A DNA stretch of 64,000 nucleotides from Lingula anatina (taxonomy: Eukaryota > Animalia > Brachiopoda): the NCBI GenBank assembly GCA_051362555.1, contig CM120644.1, forward strand, positions 6,518,954 to 6,582,953. The letters run 5' to 3'. This document shows, in pieces, positions 1 through 12,600 of this stretch; the first letter of the stretch is position 1; the number at the start of each line of letters is the position of its first letter. The notes beneath the pieces are model-generated. The model worked only from the letters and a program-made list of their open reading frames with translations. It was not told the origin of the DNA and made no database searches. The translations under genes were made by a program, and so were the position numbers.

Positions 1-1500
1 TAGCAGGCAACGTTAGTATTTGGCAGAAAGATAAAATTCTGGATCTAAAGAGGAACAGCCAGAGAGATGATTCGAAGTTAAATAGATATTACCGGCTCTT
101 ACAACTTGAAATAACTACATTAAAAAGCATGAATTTATTACCATAGCAATATAAAAAATAATAGAAATTGGTGGTATAGTACATAACAATCGAATAGAAA
201 ATAAACTCCGCATTTAGGAAGAGCTAAGATTAGATTAATTCCAGAGACAAATCTTCAATCCACATCTTACTCTTTTACTTATGGGAATTTTTCATGCTTT
301 CAGCACCATCTATTCATATCCAATGGACATTTTGTGAAAGAAAAATAATACATGTGCGGGGACACGCACACACGGCTACACACTAGTTAAAAAATCGTCC
401 TTCTTTCGCCATATTAATTAGCATATTTTGATTTTTAGACTAGGTTAGAACCTTGCAAATATGGTAAATGTCTATAAAGTTAATGTCACTAAAAAGAGAG
501 TTAATGTTCGGAGGAAAAATGCATCTTTCTTATCCGAGGTTGCAGCACGCATGCGCAAAGGCTCAATCCTGACTTCTCCTTTATGAGACAGCGCATCACA
601 GAGCACTGGACTCTGTAACCTTCGAGGCAGGACGGACCCTCTTACTGCCAACAGCCTCTAGAAACGTCTTCCTAAACTGCCGGTATCTGATCACGTAAAT
701 AACAGGATTCACCGCAGAGTTCAGAACCGTCAGCTGAACAAGCGCCAATCGAATCTTTAATGTGAGAGGATTATAGTTCATGAAAGTGTAACTATGAACG
801 CCGAGCATTACTATAATAGGTGTCCAACACGTGAAAAAGCACGCCAACACAAGAGCAACCGTGCGTGATAGTTTAGCAATTTTGTGCTTGTCATGTGACA
901 ATGAATTTATTTGCGCATGCTCGATTTTAATGTACATGAAGAGTATCCCTGCGGCGTTAAATACGAAAAATGGTACAAGGACCCAACTTATGTAGATCTC
1001 CGGGATGACCAAGGACAATTCACACTCTTTGTCCTTTTCAAATGACCAATCCTTATGCCAGAAAATCGGCATGACAAATCCAAGAACAAATGCTGGAATC
1101 CATATTGAGAGAGCCACACCAACGAACCACGCTTTTTTGTTGCGTGACATATGCTTTAGTGGGTATATTATGGCAAAATATCTGTCTACTGTAATCATGA
1201 AAAGCGACAGAACTGATGCCATGCCGGGGAAAAATACGAGAGCATACCATAAGGTACAAATATAAATGTCCTCAAATAAGTAATCGTACGATACCGTAGC
1301 TGCATGAAAGATGAGGGTCAGCCCAGCAACTAGGTCCGTAACTGTTAATTGTACCATCATAACACTGTTACTTGTCCGTAATCTTTTCACTCGGCAGTAT
1401 GCCACGAGCACTATACAGTTGCCGACGCAGATTAAAACCATTAACATAATGAAAACTGATATCATCCAAGGTTTACTCCATTTTGTGACTGCTGCTGTCG
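1..1500. repeat. Tandem segmental duplication, copy 1 (paired with about 8082-9570)
   Basis: Sequence from base 1 recurs from 8082 (offset 8081). Further homology at about 4752-4835 vs 10430-10524 and about 5120-5250 vs 10550-10680 shows the upstream region was duplicated as well. Confidence 0.95.
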
Positions 1501-1573
1501 AGTTCTCAACACTGGTTGAATTTGTCCCTATGTTGGAAAAAGTCTTTAAAATTCCTTCAACTGTATCATTCAT
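596..1573 (-). CDS. Class A (rhodopsin-like) GPCR, 325 aa, single coding exon; adenosine-receptor-like/orphan
   Basis: Seven hydrophobic segments with TM1 GN, TM2 LTVTD, C3.25, TM3 DRY, TM4 W, ECL2 Cys, TM6 CWTP and TM7 NSAVNPVIY. N-terminal N-glycosylation sequons. No Asp at 3.32, so probably not aminergic. Likely splice acceptor (minus-strand cttttgcag) near 1647. Confidence 0.93.
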   Translation of the reverse strand: MNDTVEGILKTFSNIGTNSTSVENSTAAVTKWSKPWMISVFIMLMVLICVGNCIVLVAYCRVKRLRTSNSVMMVQLTVTDLVAGLTLIFHAATVSYDYLFEDIYICTLWYALVFFPGMASVLSLFMITVDRYFAIIYPLKHMSRNKKAWFVGVALSIWIPAFVLGFVMPIFWHKDWSFEKDKECELSLVIPEIYISWVLVPFFVFNAAGILFMYIKIEHAQINSLSHDKHKIAKLSRTVALVLACFFTCWTPIIVMLGVHSYTFMNYNPLTLKIRLALVQLTVLNSAVNPVIYVIRYRQFRKTFLEAVGSKRVRPASKVTESSAL

Positions 1574-2797
1574 TTTGGTTCTGTTGTAATCTGTTAAAGT
1601 GTAGTTCGTTATTTTGTGACTCGGGATAAATCGTCCTTGTTAAAAACTGCAAAAGAGATTGAAATATTTTAATCAACTGCGTTGGCAAATTTTTTTCTTG
1701 ACTAAATGCGTCTTTTTTTCTTTCCTTTAATAATGAATTTTTAAGGTTGAATAGGAATGCAGAGTCTAATCATATACCGTTTCAGATTTTAAAATATATA
1801 TATTCTCAATGTTTCCCTAGTTTCATTATTTAAACGTATTTCACTTTCCTGACGTCATAATACATCATACGCGCATAATACATGTACAAGAAAAACGCAG
1901 CATCGTGAATGGCTTCCTTTGGCTTCATAACATACTGGATAAGAAAATAAATTGGTAGTTTTAATGTGGCATTTTGTCATGTATCATGTAAACGGGTTTG
2001 TTCCTGCGTGAGATAGCGAAATGCCACGGTTCGGACATTGCGGGTAAACAATGCCTTGAGTGTCAGAGCAACGTAAAATCTAGCTTGTTAAATATACCTT
2101 GTGATGGAGTCGCTTTTACTAGCTCTGACGAACAGCGACAATCTGAGGGCGTTCTTCTTCAAAAATTTGCTTGGGGCCCTTCCATATTTGGAAGTCATAC
2201 GTCACAGCTCTGTCCGCCTGAATCCATATTTGGAAGTCATAAGTCTCGTACGTCACAGGTTTGGCCGCCTGGGGCTGCCTTTCCCGCCTTGCGCTGAAGT
2301 TATTTCGTGCAGACGAGACAAGAAGCAATTAAAGTGCCTGACGCCGAGTTACAAGTTTGAATTGAAAATATCTTGCAGTCGAAGGTCAGTACCACAATAC
2401 AAGCAACATTCTGCTTTAAAAACTGACTTTCGTGTAGCCATTGCGCAGCCCTTATAGTGGTATCGGGCATACAGTGTAGCTGTCAAATTTGGCACACGGG
2501 AAGCACGTGTATTGTGCACGTGTATATCTCAGGACTAAATGTTCTTTGATAAGCAAAAAATACAAAAACATTGGATATATCTTTTCTTTCGAAGAAAGTT
2601 ATTTTTTCACTTTACATCTTAAATACAGCAAATAAAATTAAATAAAGCAGAATTAAATCTGTTTTACGTTTCATTTTGGTCTGATTACATTCAACTGCAG
2701 ATTCACTGCGGAGCAGTTCTATTTGATTGACGAAAGTGTAACATGGCCGCTGTTCGCTAGAGCCGGTATTGCTGATATGGGTTATATATGAAATCAA

Positions 2798-3486
2798 GGG
2801 CCGGTTTCACAAAGCAGTAGTTAGTTAGAACAACTAACTACTGAACTACCTCGCTAACGAACAAACTTAGCGATTTTCGAGGGGTGTTTCACGAAGCAGT
2901 AGTTAACTTATCGCTAAGTTCAGTCGTAAAGTTCGGTCGCTAGTTCTCTCGTTACTCACCGTATTCTCGAAACCGTCTGCCGGAAGTGGAACTCTTGCGT
3001 AAAAGTGTCACGAAAGCACTACCTCTCCAATTTTTGGTGGCTGGAAATGCATAAGAACGTCTGCTTTGAGGTCGTCGTAAAGGATCTCCACCACCTTTTT
3101 TGCCGCTCTTTTTGTCACAGCTAGGCGCAACCGCTCGTAAATTGCATCATCGTGTGTATATTCTAATAGATCCTGCCTTTCATGAAAACGTCGTAGTCTA
3201 CGTTGCCGTCTGGCTGTACGGTTAGCAAGAAAGGTAGCCGCCCTTTTGGATACAAAGACAAACGACAGACAACGGTAACTAAGCCACCTTTTTATTTCAC
3301 TCATTACGCATGCGTACGATGAAACTCTAGAGTTAGCGACTGGTCTGACCAGTCGTTAAATATCCAAGGTAACAACGAGACAATAACGAGCGAGAGAACT
3401 AGCGATTGCTTCGTGAAACGGCACTCATAACTAGCGATAGGCTAACTACCGATCGCTAACTAACTACTGCTTTGTGAAACCGGCCC
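2798..3486. mobile_element. Non-autonomous PIF/Harbinger element with a transposase N-terminal remnant
   Basis: Terminal inverted repeats GGGCCGGTTTCACAAAGCAGTAGTTAGTT / AACTAACTACTGCTTTGTGAAACCGGCCC; 3-bp TSD CAA (2795-2797, 3487-3489). The minus ORF 3008-3304 contains RRFHERQDLLEYTHDDAIYERLRL, resembling the N-terminus of HARBI1-like nucleases. Confidence 0.85.
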
Positions 3487-4842
3487 CAAGATCGAGCTGG
3501 CAATACCGGAATCTAGAACCTACGACATTATACGTACGTCTCAGATAAACTTTTATTTAAGGGGCTTTTCAGTACATTAATTGGAAAGGTTACAGGCTTT
3601 GTAGGATATATCTTTATATATATATTTTTATTGTTTCAAAATAATATATATATATATAATTTAAAAAATCTCCTATCCTTTTTTTAATGTTTCAAAGTAA
3701 TATATATATAGGCATATATATATATATATATTTTTTTTTTTTAATTATTTATTTTATCAATAGCACTATAGGAATAAAAATGCAGTGAAACTAGTGAAAA
3801 CTTGCATTGCCAAGTCATTTACCCAATTTTCCATATGACAATAAATATATACATGTTAGCATACTAGGCTGCTAATGATATGCTGATGGTATCACAAGTC
3901 CATCCCATTTACGAGACCATTCCATAAATAATTTTCCAGTGAAATCTATACATGTACATGATAATAATCTATACAATGATAATACTTGGAAGGAAGATCG
4001 TTCGGATTACATAACCAGTATTCGCACAATTAACATAGTGAATGCGAAGGCCGGAAAAAAATTGGGTGTGAACCACCCTCCCCCATTTGACATGACCTGT
4101 AATTTCAGGAATTAACAAAGCAACCTTCCCAACCCCACGCTGTAAATGGGGTCTGTCTTGAGCATTGTTCGTCCCCCGCAAGTAAATATTAAATCCTGTC
4201 GCTATACGTACCGTATATTTTAACGCCGACATGGTTGTGTTTATAAAAGAATTAAAATTACATGTACCGGTACAACGAATTCCTATCATTTATTCTTATA
4301 AAAGAAGTCCTATTACACAGTATTGTAATAAACTGATATAAAAGTGAAAAAAAAATCATTATATTACCCCAACCCTACTCATATTTGACCAGAAGATCCC
4401 AATATTTTTAAACATTAAAATAATTCATACATCTAGCGGTGTGTTATGCGTACTGCATGTACCCCTGTACCTTTTTATAATCTACATGTAAACTTATTTG
4501 AAAAGGCCCAGTAAACTAGCATAAATATCAACCTAGACATTTATTGTGCAACTAATTTTACTCGACAATATAATCCAATACCTACCTACGGCGTGCCTTA
4601 TTTCTGCAAAGATTTATTTCCTTCTGGTGACGACTGCCTCCTGTGTCACAATTCTTTTACAATATTCCAATGCATTTGCTGCTGTTTAAACCAACTGTAG
4701 GTACCATTATATATCCAAAATATATAAGATTCTGAAGATCTTGCTCCTGCAGTCGAGACGACCACGATCACTGTGCAAGGCAGCGTAGTGCGGCCAGGGT
4801 GCTATGCTTTGTTTGGACACCTAAATAATACAAAGTCTATCC

Positions 4843-5100
4843 TAGACCTCATTCCCATACCTAGATCTATCTAGCGTATCGGTCCATCTCCGAGGGGATT
4901 CTGGCTAAACTGCACTCTGGTTAAGTGGCTTAGATGTCTGCCAAGCCTACTGAAGCTGCTGAACGATAGTTAATTACCCCCTAACAGCTTCAGTAGAGCC
5001 GCTGACATCTGAGCCTCTTAAGCTTATTTCAGTTGAGCGAAAATCCCCTTGAAGATGAACCGGTCCCGCTAGATCGATCTAGGTATGGGAATGGGTTCCT
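4843..5100. mobile_element. Palindromic (fold-back) MITE, family copy 1
   Basis: ATTCCCATACCTAGATCTATCTAGC ... GCTAGATCGATCTAGGTATGGGAAT with imperfect pairing along almost the whole length. Absent from the homologous site near 10524. Confidence 0.8.
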
Positions 5101-5274
5101 CGTTACTTAGCATAAGTCGCAAGCGTTAATTGCCCAGGGTCTGGACAATAGACAATAAATTCGACTTAAGTTCACTGCACCTAAAATGCCTATAATTACA
5201 GGATAATTGCCCTGTACTTAAGACAGGCCTGTTATTATAGGATAAACTTAAAATCGCACCAAGCGATTCCTTGA

Positions 5275-5400
5275 GGATGTATATGTAGTAAATAATGCAC
5301 TGTCCACGAGCCCGATAGCAGGCCGAGCGCCAGCGAGGCATGCTATCGTGTATATCGGGCGAGGGGGTAACAGTGCATTATTTGTCATACATACAAAGGG
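5275..5400. repeat. Imperfect inverted repeat, probably part of a non-autonomous DNA element
   Basis: AAATAATGCACTGT..GCCCGATA / TATCGGGC..ACAGTGCATTATTT arms around a GAGCGCCAGCGAG core. Confidence 0.5.
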
Positions 5401-8081
5401 AAATCGTGCGTGTTCCCCACCCATGCCCCTAACTTTGAATAGAACACGCTGATATCACCGCGAATGGGGTAATATCAAAGAATGGACTTTCCCCGCGTTT
5501 ACTGCCTAATTGCGGTCACCGTCCAATCATCTTCGTTTGCGTTAGTGGTTTTCTGTGAGTAGTTGGCCGATTTCCTGCCCATCTTCCGCACGTGGCAGTC
5601 ACTCCGTCTCATTCATTGTATCGGTCCCTGCAATCCTTTTGTTTTGATATCAGCCCCGTGGTATGTATGTTAAAGAATCACTGCTAGTACGATAGGGTTA
5701 TGGGAATGGTCTCCTAGACGTTTTTGTTATCATGCAAGGGCACATAACCACTGAACCGCGTTGACAAACCAAGAGAGTCAGCATTTACATAAAGCAGAGG
5801 TACATGTAGAAGCCTTTTGGTTATTGTTATCCTTCTTTTTATTGTTCTTCCTGAGTGATTTAGATACCCGGCTATTTTTCTTGTCTGAAACTTGCATTTA
5901 ATTTTCAGAACTTTCTCTACTTTACACATATCGTATCCCTTTTTCTGTTTAGATTGATCTTATGATATTTTATTTCATTGAACAACCAAATTGCTGGTAT
6001 AAGCACGAAATGAATATAATTCTTATAAAAACCGATGCATATCTACGATCATATGAGATATCCTCGCCATTGGTTACTACTTAACATGTAATTAATTTTA
6101 GATTCAGGATTTTGACAGGGTACTGGTAGGGGCACTGGTGTATGAGAAAACTAAAATTATCTTGCTCTGCTTGACAGGTATTGAGTAAATTAGGATAGTT
6201 TGAATTAATGTGAAAGACAAAAGGTTTGGTAAAAGTTCACCTTTTTATTAAGGTGTGCTAGAGAGAAAAAATGGGTTGCTTTTAAAACTAATTGGGATAA
6301 TGCAAAATTGAATTGACACATTGTTCTTCCACTCAGTATCAACCAACTAACCCCAAGAAGGACACTATAGCTACATGTATTCTCATTACATATATCATGA
6401 ATACGATTGTTGCTCTATGGGGAAAGTAATTGCTGGAACTAAACAAACATACGTGCCAGATTGTAGCAATTCAGTACCCTTGTTTTCCTTCTGAAACGCA
6501 CAGTTATCTTCCATGTGAGACATATAAGTAAGTAAAAATATCCTACCTTGTGTATAGCGTGGGTTCTGTTGGTCGGACAAGTGGTTTGCTGGCAATTCAT
6601 AATTGAGACTGACAGAATATCTTATTTACGCTGTCACTTCTCGCCCCCAAATGACGTGCGCACTTCTGCCATGATTGTGACAGGGCCACGCCCTTTCCTC
6701 TCTACCGCCCCGCCCCTTTTAGAAGTTGATGTTAATTTGTCGCTTAGACAAGAACGCGAGACGCCGTTTAATTCTTGATTGCCTTATCTGGGTGTGGTTT
6801 TTACCTACTCCGTGATTGCAAGCGTGTTCAAATTAAGTTGACTGGGGTATTATTATTATTACATCAATTCAAATGTCAAAACAGAAAAGAGGAGTAAATG
6901 CACTTTTGTTTGACCTGACGGCGGTCGCGGAAAGACACGGACTGTTTTGTAAACAGTGAAGTGAGGTATCCTTGACTTAAGCGCCATCCAGATAATAAAA
7001 AAATGTTGATGGGTAAACACGGTGTATAATAGGTTTCGTTCACAGTACAAGGTGTCTCTGTTACACCTTAGAACAGTTCCGCTTACTCGGCATTTTCACC
7101 ATAATAAATTCATTTAAACCATAAGTATGTATCTGCATTGTAATTGGCGGTAATTGATTGATGGAAGGTTGGCAATATTAGGATGTTAATATTTGTGTGT
7201 GGTTTTATGAATAGAGATACTCCAAACCCGGATTCTGTTAAAAGCGCATCCACTGATCACATCTAACACATTGCAAGCTGTGAGCTGTGGTACCTTTCTA
7301 AATATTAATTCCGAAGTTCATCATTATTATGTTTGTAAATATGTACGCATTAACGAATACTGACACTTCAAGTTAAATAATCTACAAAGTAATTTATCCT
7401 TATCAATTTACCAGACTGTAAAATTAATTAAAAAAGTAATTGGTGATCACCACAGAAATATAAACAGTTCTAATTTAGTCCTTTTCTGACCTACCCTGAA
7501 CATTCTTCCAAACTTGGTCTACGGCCTTCTAATATACTATCCGCGTTAAAGTGTTCCTTCCACAGAAATATTATCTATGTCTGAATACCCTACAAAGCTA
7601 CATGTGCTTATTGAACTGGACGGCATTGACGTCTGAGCATCACGGAGCAACATTGAGAAATAAAAAATTAAATCAAAAACATGAAACATCAAATCTAAGT
7701 GCAACGTCGTGCCGAACAAAGGTTAACGCGAGTAGGCGAAAAGTTTGAATGTCCTGATAAAGCGTTTGGTAAGGCGCTGAATAAAATCAGTTGATAGTTG
7801 ATAATTAAAATTTCAATAAGTTAGTGCCAAAAATTCGCTTCAATGCGTATTTAAGACGAAAATCACTTCAGCAAATTTTATAATTAGGCGGTTGTTAAAA
7901 AAGACTACAAAGCTCATACGTTTTCTAAAATAAGTACTACAATCAATTGCAAAATTACAAGAAATCTCATCCACTTTTATTTTATGAAATTTGATAACTA
8001 GAGGTTAGATAACTACGATAAAAGTATCAAATTCCATCTTTTAACCTTACCCCGAAAATTCACAGGTCGTCGTAAACATTA

Positions 8082-9570
8082 TAGCAGGCAACGTTAGTAT
8101 TTGGCAGAAAGTTAAAATTCCGGATCTAAAGAGGAACAGCCAGAGAGATTATTCGAAGTTAAATAGATATTACCGGCTCTTACAACTTGAAATAACTACA
8201 TTAAAAAGCATGAATTTATTACCATAGCAATATAAAAAATAATAGAAATTGGTGGTATAGTACATAACAATCGAATAGAAAATAAACTCTGCTTTTAGGA
8301 AGAACTAAGAATAGCTTAATTTCAGAGACAAATCTTCAATCCACATCTTACTCTTTTACTTATGGGAATTTTTCATGCTTTCAGCACCATCTATTAATAT
8401 CCAATGGACATTTTGTGAAAGAAAAATAATACATGTGCGGGGACACGCACACACGGCTACACACTAGTTAAAAATCGTCCTTCTTTCGCCATATTAATTA
8501 GCATATTTTGATTTTTAGACTAGGTTAGAACCTTGCAAATATGGTAAATGTCTGTAAAGTTAATGTCACTAAAAAGAGAGTTAATGTTTGGAGGAAAAGT
8601 GCATCTTTCTTATCCGAGGTTGAAGCACGCATGCGCAAAGGCTCAATCTTGACTTCTCCTTTATGAGACAGCGCATCACAGAGCACTGGACTCTGTAACC
8701 TTCGAGGCAGGACGGACCCTCTTACTGCCAACAGCCTCTAGAAACGTCTTCCTAAACTGCCGGTATCTGATCACGTAAATAACAGGATTCACAGCAGAGT
8801 TCAGAGCCGTTAACTGAGCGAGTGCCAGTCGAATATTCAACGTGATGGGATTATAGTTCATGTAGGTGTAACTGTGAATGCCGAGCATTACTATAATAGG
8901 TGTCCAACACGTGAAAAAACACGCCAACACAAGAGCAACTGTGCGTGATAGTTTAGCCATCTTGTGCTTGTCACGTGACATTGACTTCCTTTGTGCACGC
9001 TCTATCCTTGTGTACATGAATACTATACCGGCAGCGTTAATTACAAAAAATGGAACCACGATCCAACTTATATAGATCTCTGGGATGACCAAGGGCAGTT
9101 CACACTCTTTGTCTTTTTCAAATGACCAGTCCTTATGCCACAGAATCGGCATGATGAATCCAAGAACAAATGCCGGAATCCATATTGAGAGAGCTACGCC
9201 AATGAACCACGTTTTTTTGTTGCGTGACATGTGTTTTAGTGGGTTTGTAATTGCAAAATATCTGTCCACTGTTATCATGAAAAGCGAAAGAATTGATGCC
9301 ATGCCGCGGAAAAATATCAGGGCATACCATAAGATACAAATATGAACATCCTCAAATAAGTAATCGTACGATACTGTAACTGCTTGAAAGATGAGAGTGA
9401 GGCCAGCTACTAGGTCCGTAACTGTTAACTGCACCATCATAACACTGTTACTTGTCCGTAATCTTTTCACTGTGCAGTATGCCACGAGCACTATGCAGTT
9501 ACCGACGTAAATTAAAACCACTAACATAACGAAAAATGGTATCATCCAAATTTTGCTCATTTGTGTCACT
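8082..9570. repeat. Tandem segmental duplication, copy 2
   Basis: Direct alignment by eye to 1-1500. The left boundary cannot be defined because copy 1 runs off the window. Confidence 0.95.
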
Positions 9571-9662
9571 GCTTTCGTTGAGTTTAATTCACCCACACCG
9601 TTGACATGTAACGCTGCGTTCAATGCATTCAACCCTCTACCAACTGTACCATTCATTTTCAT
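8676..9662 (-). CDS. Class A GPCR, 328 aa, tandem paralogue of 596-1573
   Basis: Same motif set; aligns to the first copy from TM1 to the stop codon; identical C-terminal tail; divergent N-terminus. Confidence 0.93.
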   Translation of the reverse strand: MKMNGTVGRGLNALNAALHVNGVGELNSTKAVTQMSKIWMIPFFVMLVVLIYVGNCIVLVAYCTVKRLRTSNSVMMVQLTVTDLVAGLTLIFQAVTVSYDYLFEDVHICILWYALIFFRGMASILSLFMITVDRYFAITNPLKHMSRNKKTWFIGVALSIWIPAFVLGFIMPILWHKDWSFEKDKECELPLVIPEIYISWIVVPFFVINAAGIVFMYTRIERAQRKSMSRDKHKMAKLSRTVALVLACFFTCWTPIIVMLGIHSYTYMNYNPITLNIRLALAQLTALNSAVNPVIYVIRYRQFRKTFLEAVGSKRVRPASKVTESSAL

Positions 9663-12600
9663 CCAGCTTGTTCTGTAAGAATTTTGTTGGACAGATTCAG
9701 TCGTTTACAGTTCGTTCGGTGCAAATTATGTCTTGGTAGGAACTCACCTGTAAGAAATAAAGATTGCAAAGTATTATTTTTCTTGTCCAGAAACATTTCC
9801 TATGAATGTAGCAAAGATACTTACATCTTTGCTACATTCTTTTAAATCTGCATGAGAATGGGTAAAAAAACAGTGACATACACTGTATTATTAGTCAAAT
9901 AAAATAAAAGCCCGTGGACACGATGATCAAAATCCTCCCGTTAAAAATGTTCAAATGATATTACATATGTGGAAAAGGGATACCTTTATGTTCACTTAAC
10001 TAACGGTACGATAACTATAAACCTTTAAAATGCCATGACTCAAGCTTTAGGGGATAGCTTAACCAAGTCTTGTGGTCAATTTCTATAGCAAGTTGTATAC
10101 ATGTACCACGCTGCTGATGGCATCACATCACAGTGATCTAACAATAAGAGCATTTCAGTACAAATATCTTATTACATTAGGGATAATGAACGCTTTCAAC
10201 AATACCACAAGTGTATAAATTGTCTCCCCTCTCGGAGTTTTGATAGTCCTAGTGTGATACCCACCTGCAGTATACTTTATCCTTACTAGTGCAATGATGT
10301 ATTCACATCAGGTGACGAATACTTCCCTTGACACCACTCTATTACACTATTCCGATTTAGTGGGTTAATGCTGTTTTAACATCCTGCGAGTTATCAAAAC
10401 GCATAAGTTTACAAAAAGCTCGCTCTGAAGCCGAGACGACCACGATCGCTGTGCAAGGCAGCGTAGCATACATGTAGAATGACCACAGTGTTATGCTTGG
10501 TTCGGACACCTAAATAATACAAAGCTAAGTTAAAGTAGGCCAAGTATAAAAGGTTAATTACACGGGGACAGGACAATAGCTTCTACTAGAATGACAATTT
10601 CACTGGACGCAAAATGCATGTAATAATAGAATAATTACTTATACATTTCAACGACATGTAATTGTAGGATGATTACTCACCTTGTTGTGTTACTGCTGCT
10701 TTGAAGATCGTCTGCTTTCCAGGCTGTCATTACCAGCCCCCAGATGTCGCACAGAGCGGATGTACGATTTTTTTTTTTTTTTTGTATAAACTGACTGCGC
10801 CCTACCAGAGTCAGATATGGATTTTTCACTAGATATTCACAGATATACCTCTAATTCATGAAACTATTCTCTAAAACTATTTCCGTCTGACGTAATTGTT
10901 ATCTCTCTCTCTACGAAGCTATACCTGGTAGATACACTAAAAAATTAATACATTGTCACAGGCGAGTTTTCCAGACTACGGGGTGAGTGGAGACCGACCA
11001 CTCTGTAAAACTCCATATTTTGGGTTACTGAAGTTCTGACACGACTTACTTTAACATAGCCATCCCAGTTATACTTAGATGACATGTAAGTATAGTGTAT
11101 TTGTCACAGGTAAATTTATTTCACAGTCAGAGTTTTAAAATAAATATATTAATATTAATTAATTTTATGTGTGACAAACAGTGCATACATGTATCTGCAA
11201 TATGGACATGTTTAAAGAAATATTTTAAAATGACAACGGTTAAAAACTGATGAAATTCCAACCAAAAAACGTGGTTTATTTCAACATAAAGGCAAAACAA
11301 ACTGATAGTTTTATCACACAGCAAATTCCCGGATATAAAATCGTTTTCTATTGCATAATGACAGAACGCGAGGTCAATATTTAAACAGAAGGGAAAAACG
11401 ACTTTTTCCAACGGCACAACATCAGGAAATATCATTTTTCTTTCTCAATAAAGCTCTTTTTCTCTTCTACGAATTCTATGTTTTATCATTTCCAAATTTC
11501 CTGAAGAACTTGAAAATGTCCTGTTTGTGAAGCTTTTTTCTTTTTTTTTTTGCAGTAAATGTCTCGATCAACATGTTGGCCGTGTGATTTCCCTTCCTAC
11601 GTGTTATTTTACCGGTACTTCCTTCTCTCTAGGGTGTCTTGTATTGTTCTACCAGACCAATCATGTGCCTCATATACACCACAGTTCACAAGTTGATCAT
11701 ATTTCTTTAAGCCATCCTCATAGATTTGACTGTTCTTTTTAGTTTGAATAATTGTCCTAGAGCGCGCCATCAGAGCGCGCCATCCCATTAACATTTTTCA
11801 CGCCGCACAAATATATCGCGTTATCTATATTCTATTTTGCAACTGACTGATAAATGCACTAGACTATTCATTTTTCATTTCTTTCTTTCTTTATTTATTA
11901 TTAACGGGAAAGCTGGCTATAAAATAGTTATAACATATTTTTATTACCATTGCGAGGGGGCGTTTATCCATAACACCCTGAGTATGTTAAATACTGTATA
12001 TGTGTGACAAACAGGTTACTTTTCATAAATTCAAGTTGTGTTACATTTATATTCTTCCTCTATATTTTTGTATTTACAAACTCTGTATGCATTCATTGAT
12101 GGCTAGTATTCAGTGTTGCCTTGTACACATGTCTGTATGAAAACATCTTTATATTTTCATAATAAGTACTAGAAACAGGCAGCCTGCTTCTACCTTTCCA
12201 TCTTTTCATCTCTAGTAAATATACGCACCCCACGTAAGTAATAGTACATTTGTATTGTTCTACTTTATATGATTTACTTATATACAAAATATGGACGAAT
12301 AAAACGTCCAAGATAAAACATGCTGAGACATTTACAAAGATCAAATAATGAGTTGACAAATAAATTTATTCCGTTATTTTTGGAATTATTTTTTCTACGC
12401 AGAAATCATGTGATTTATAAATATCATGTACTCGTATGAAGAACAAACAGCTAATATCACACGTACGATTATAAAATGAAGCGACATAATGTGATTCAAA
12501 ACACCACTTGTTTTATAGTATTTCATACATTGTAATGTGTTCTTCTCTCAGACAACACAAATATCATAATTAAGGTAACAAACTCTACTAACAATACACT

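Noticed and set aside
1005-1589. Short ORFs conserved between both GPCR copies on other frames (e.g. 1005-1265 and 9085-9345)
   Set aside because: By-products of the duplicated GPCR coding sequence.
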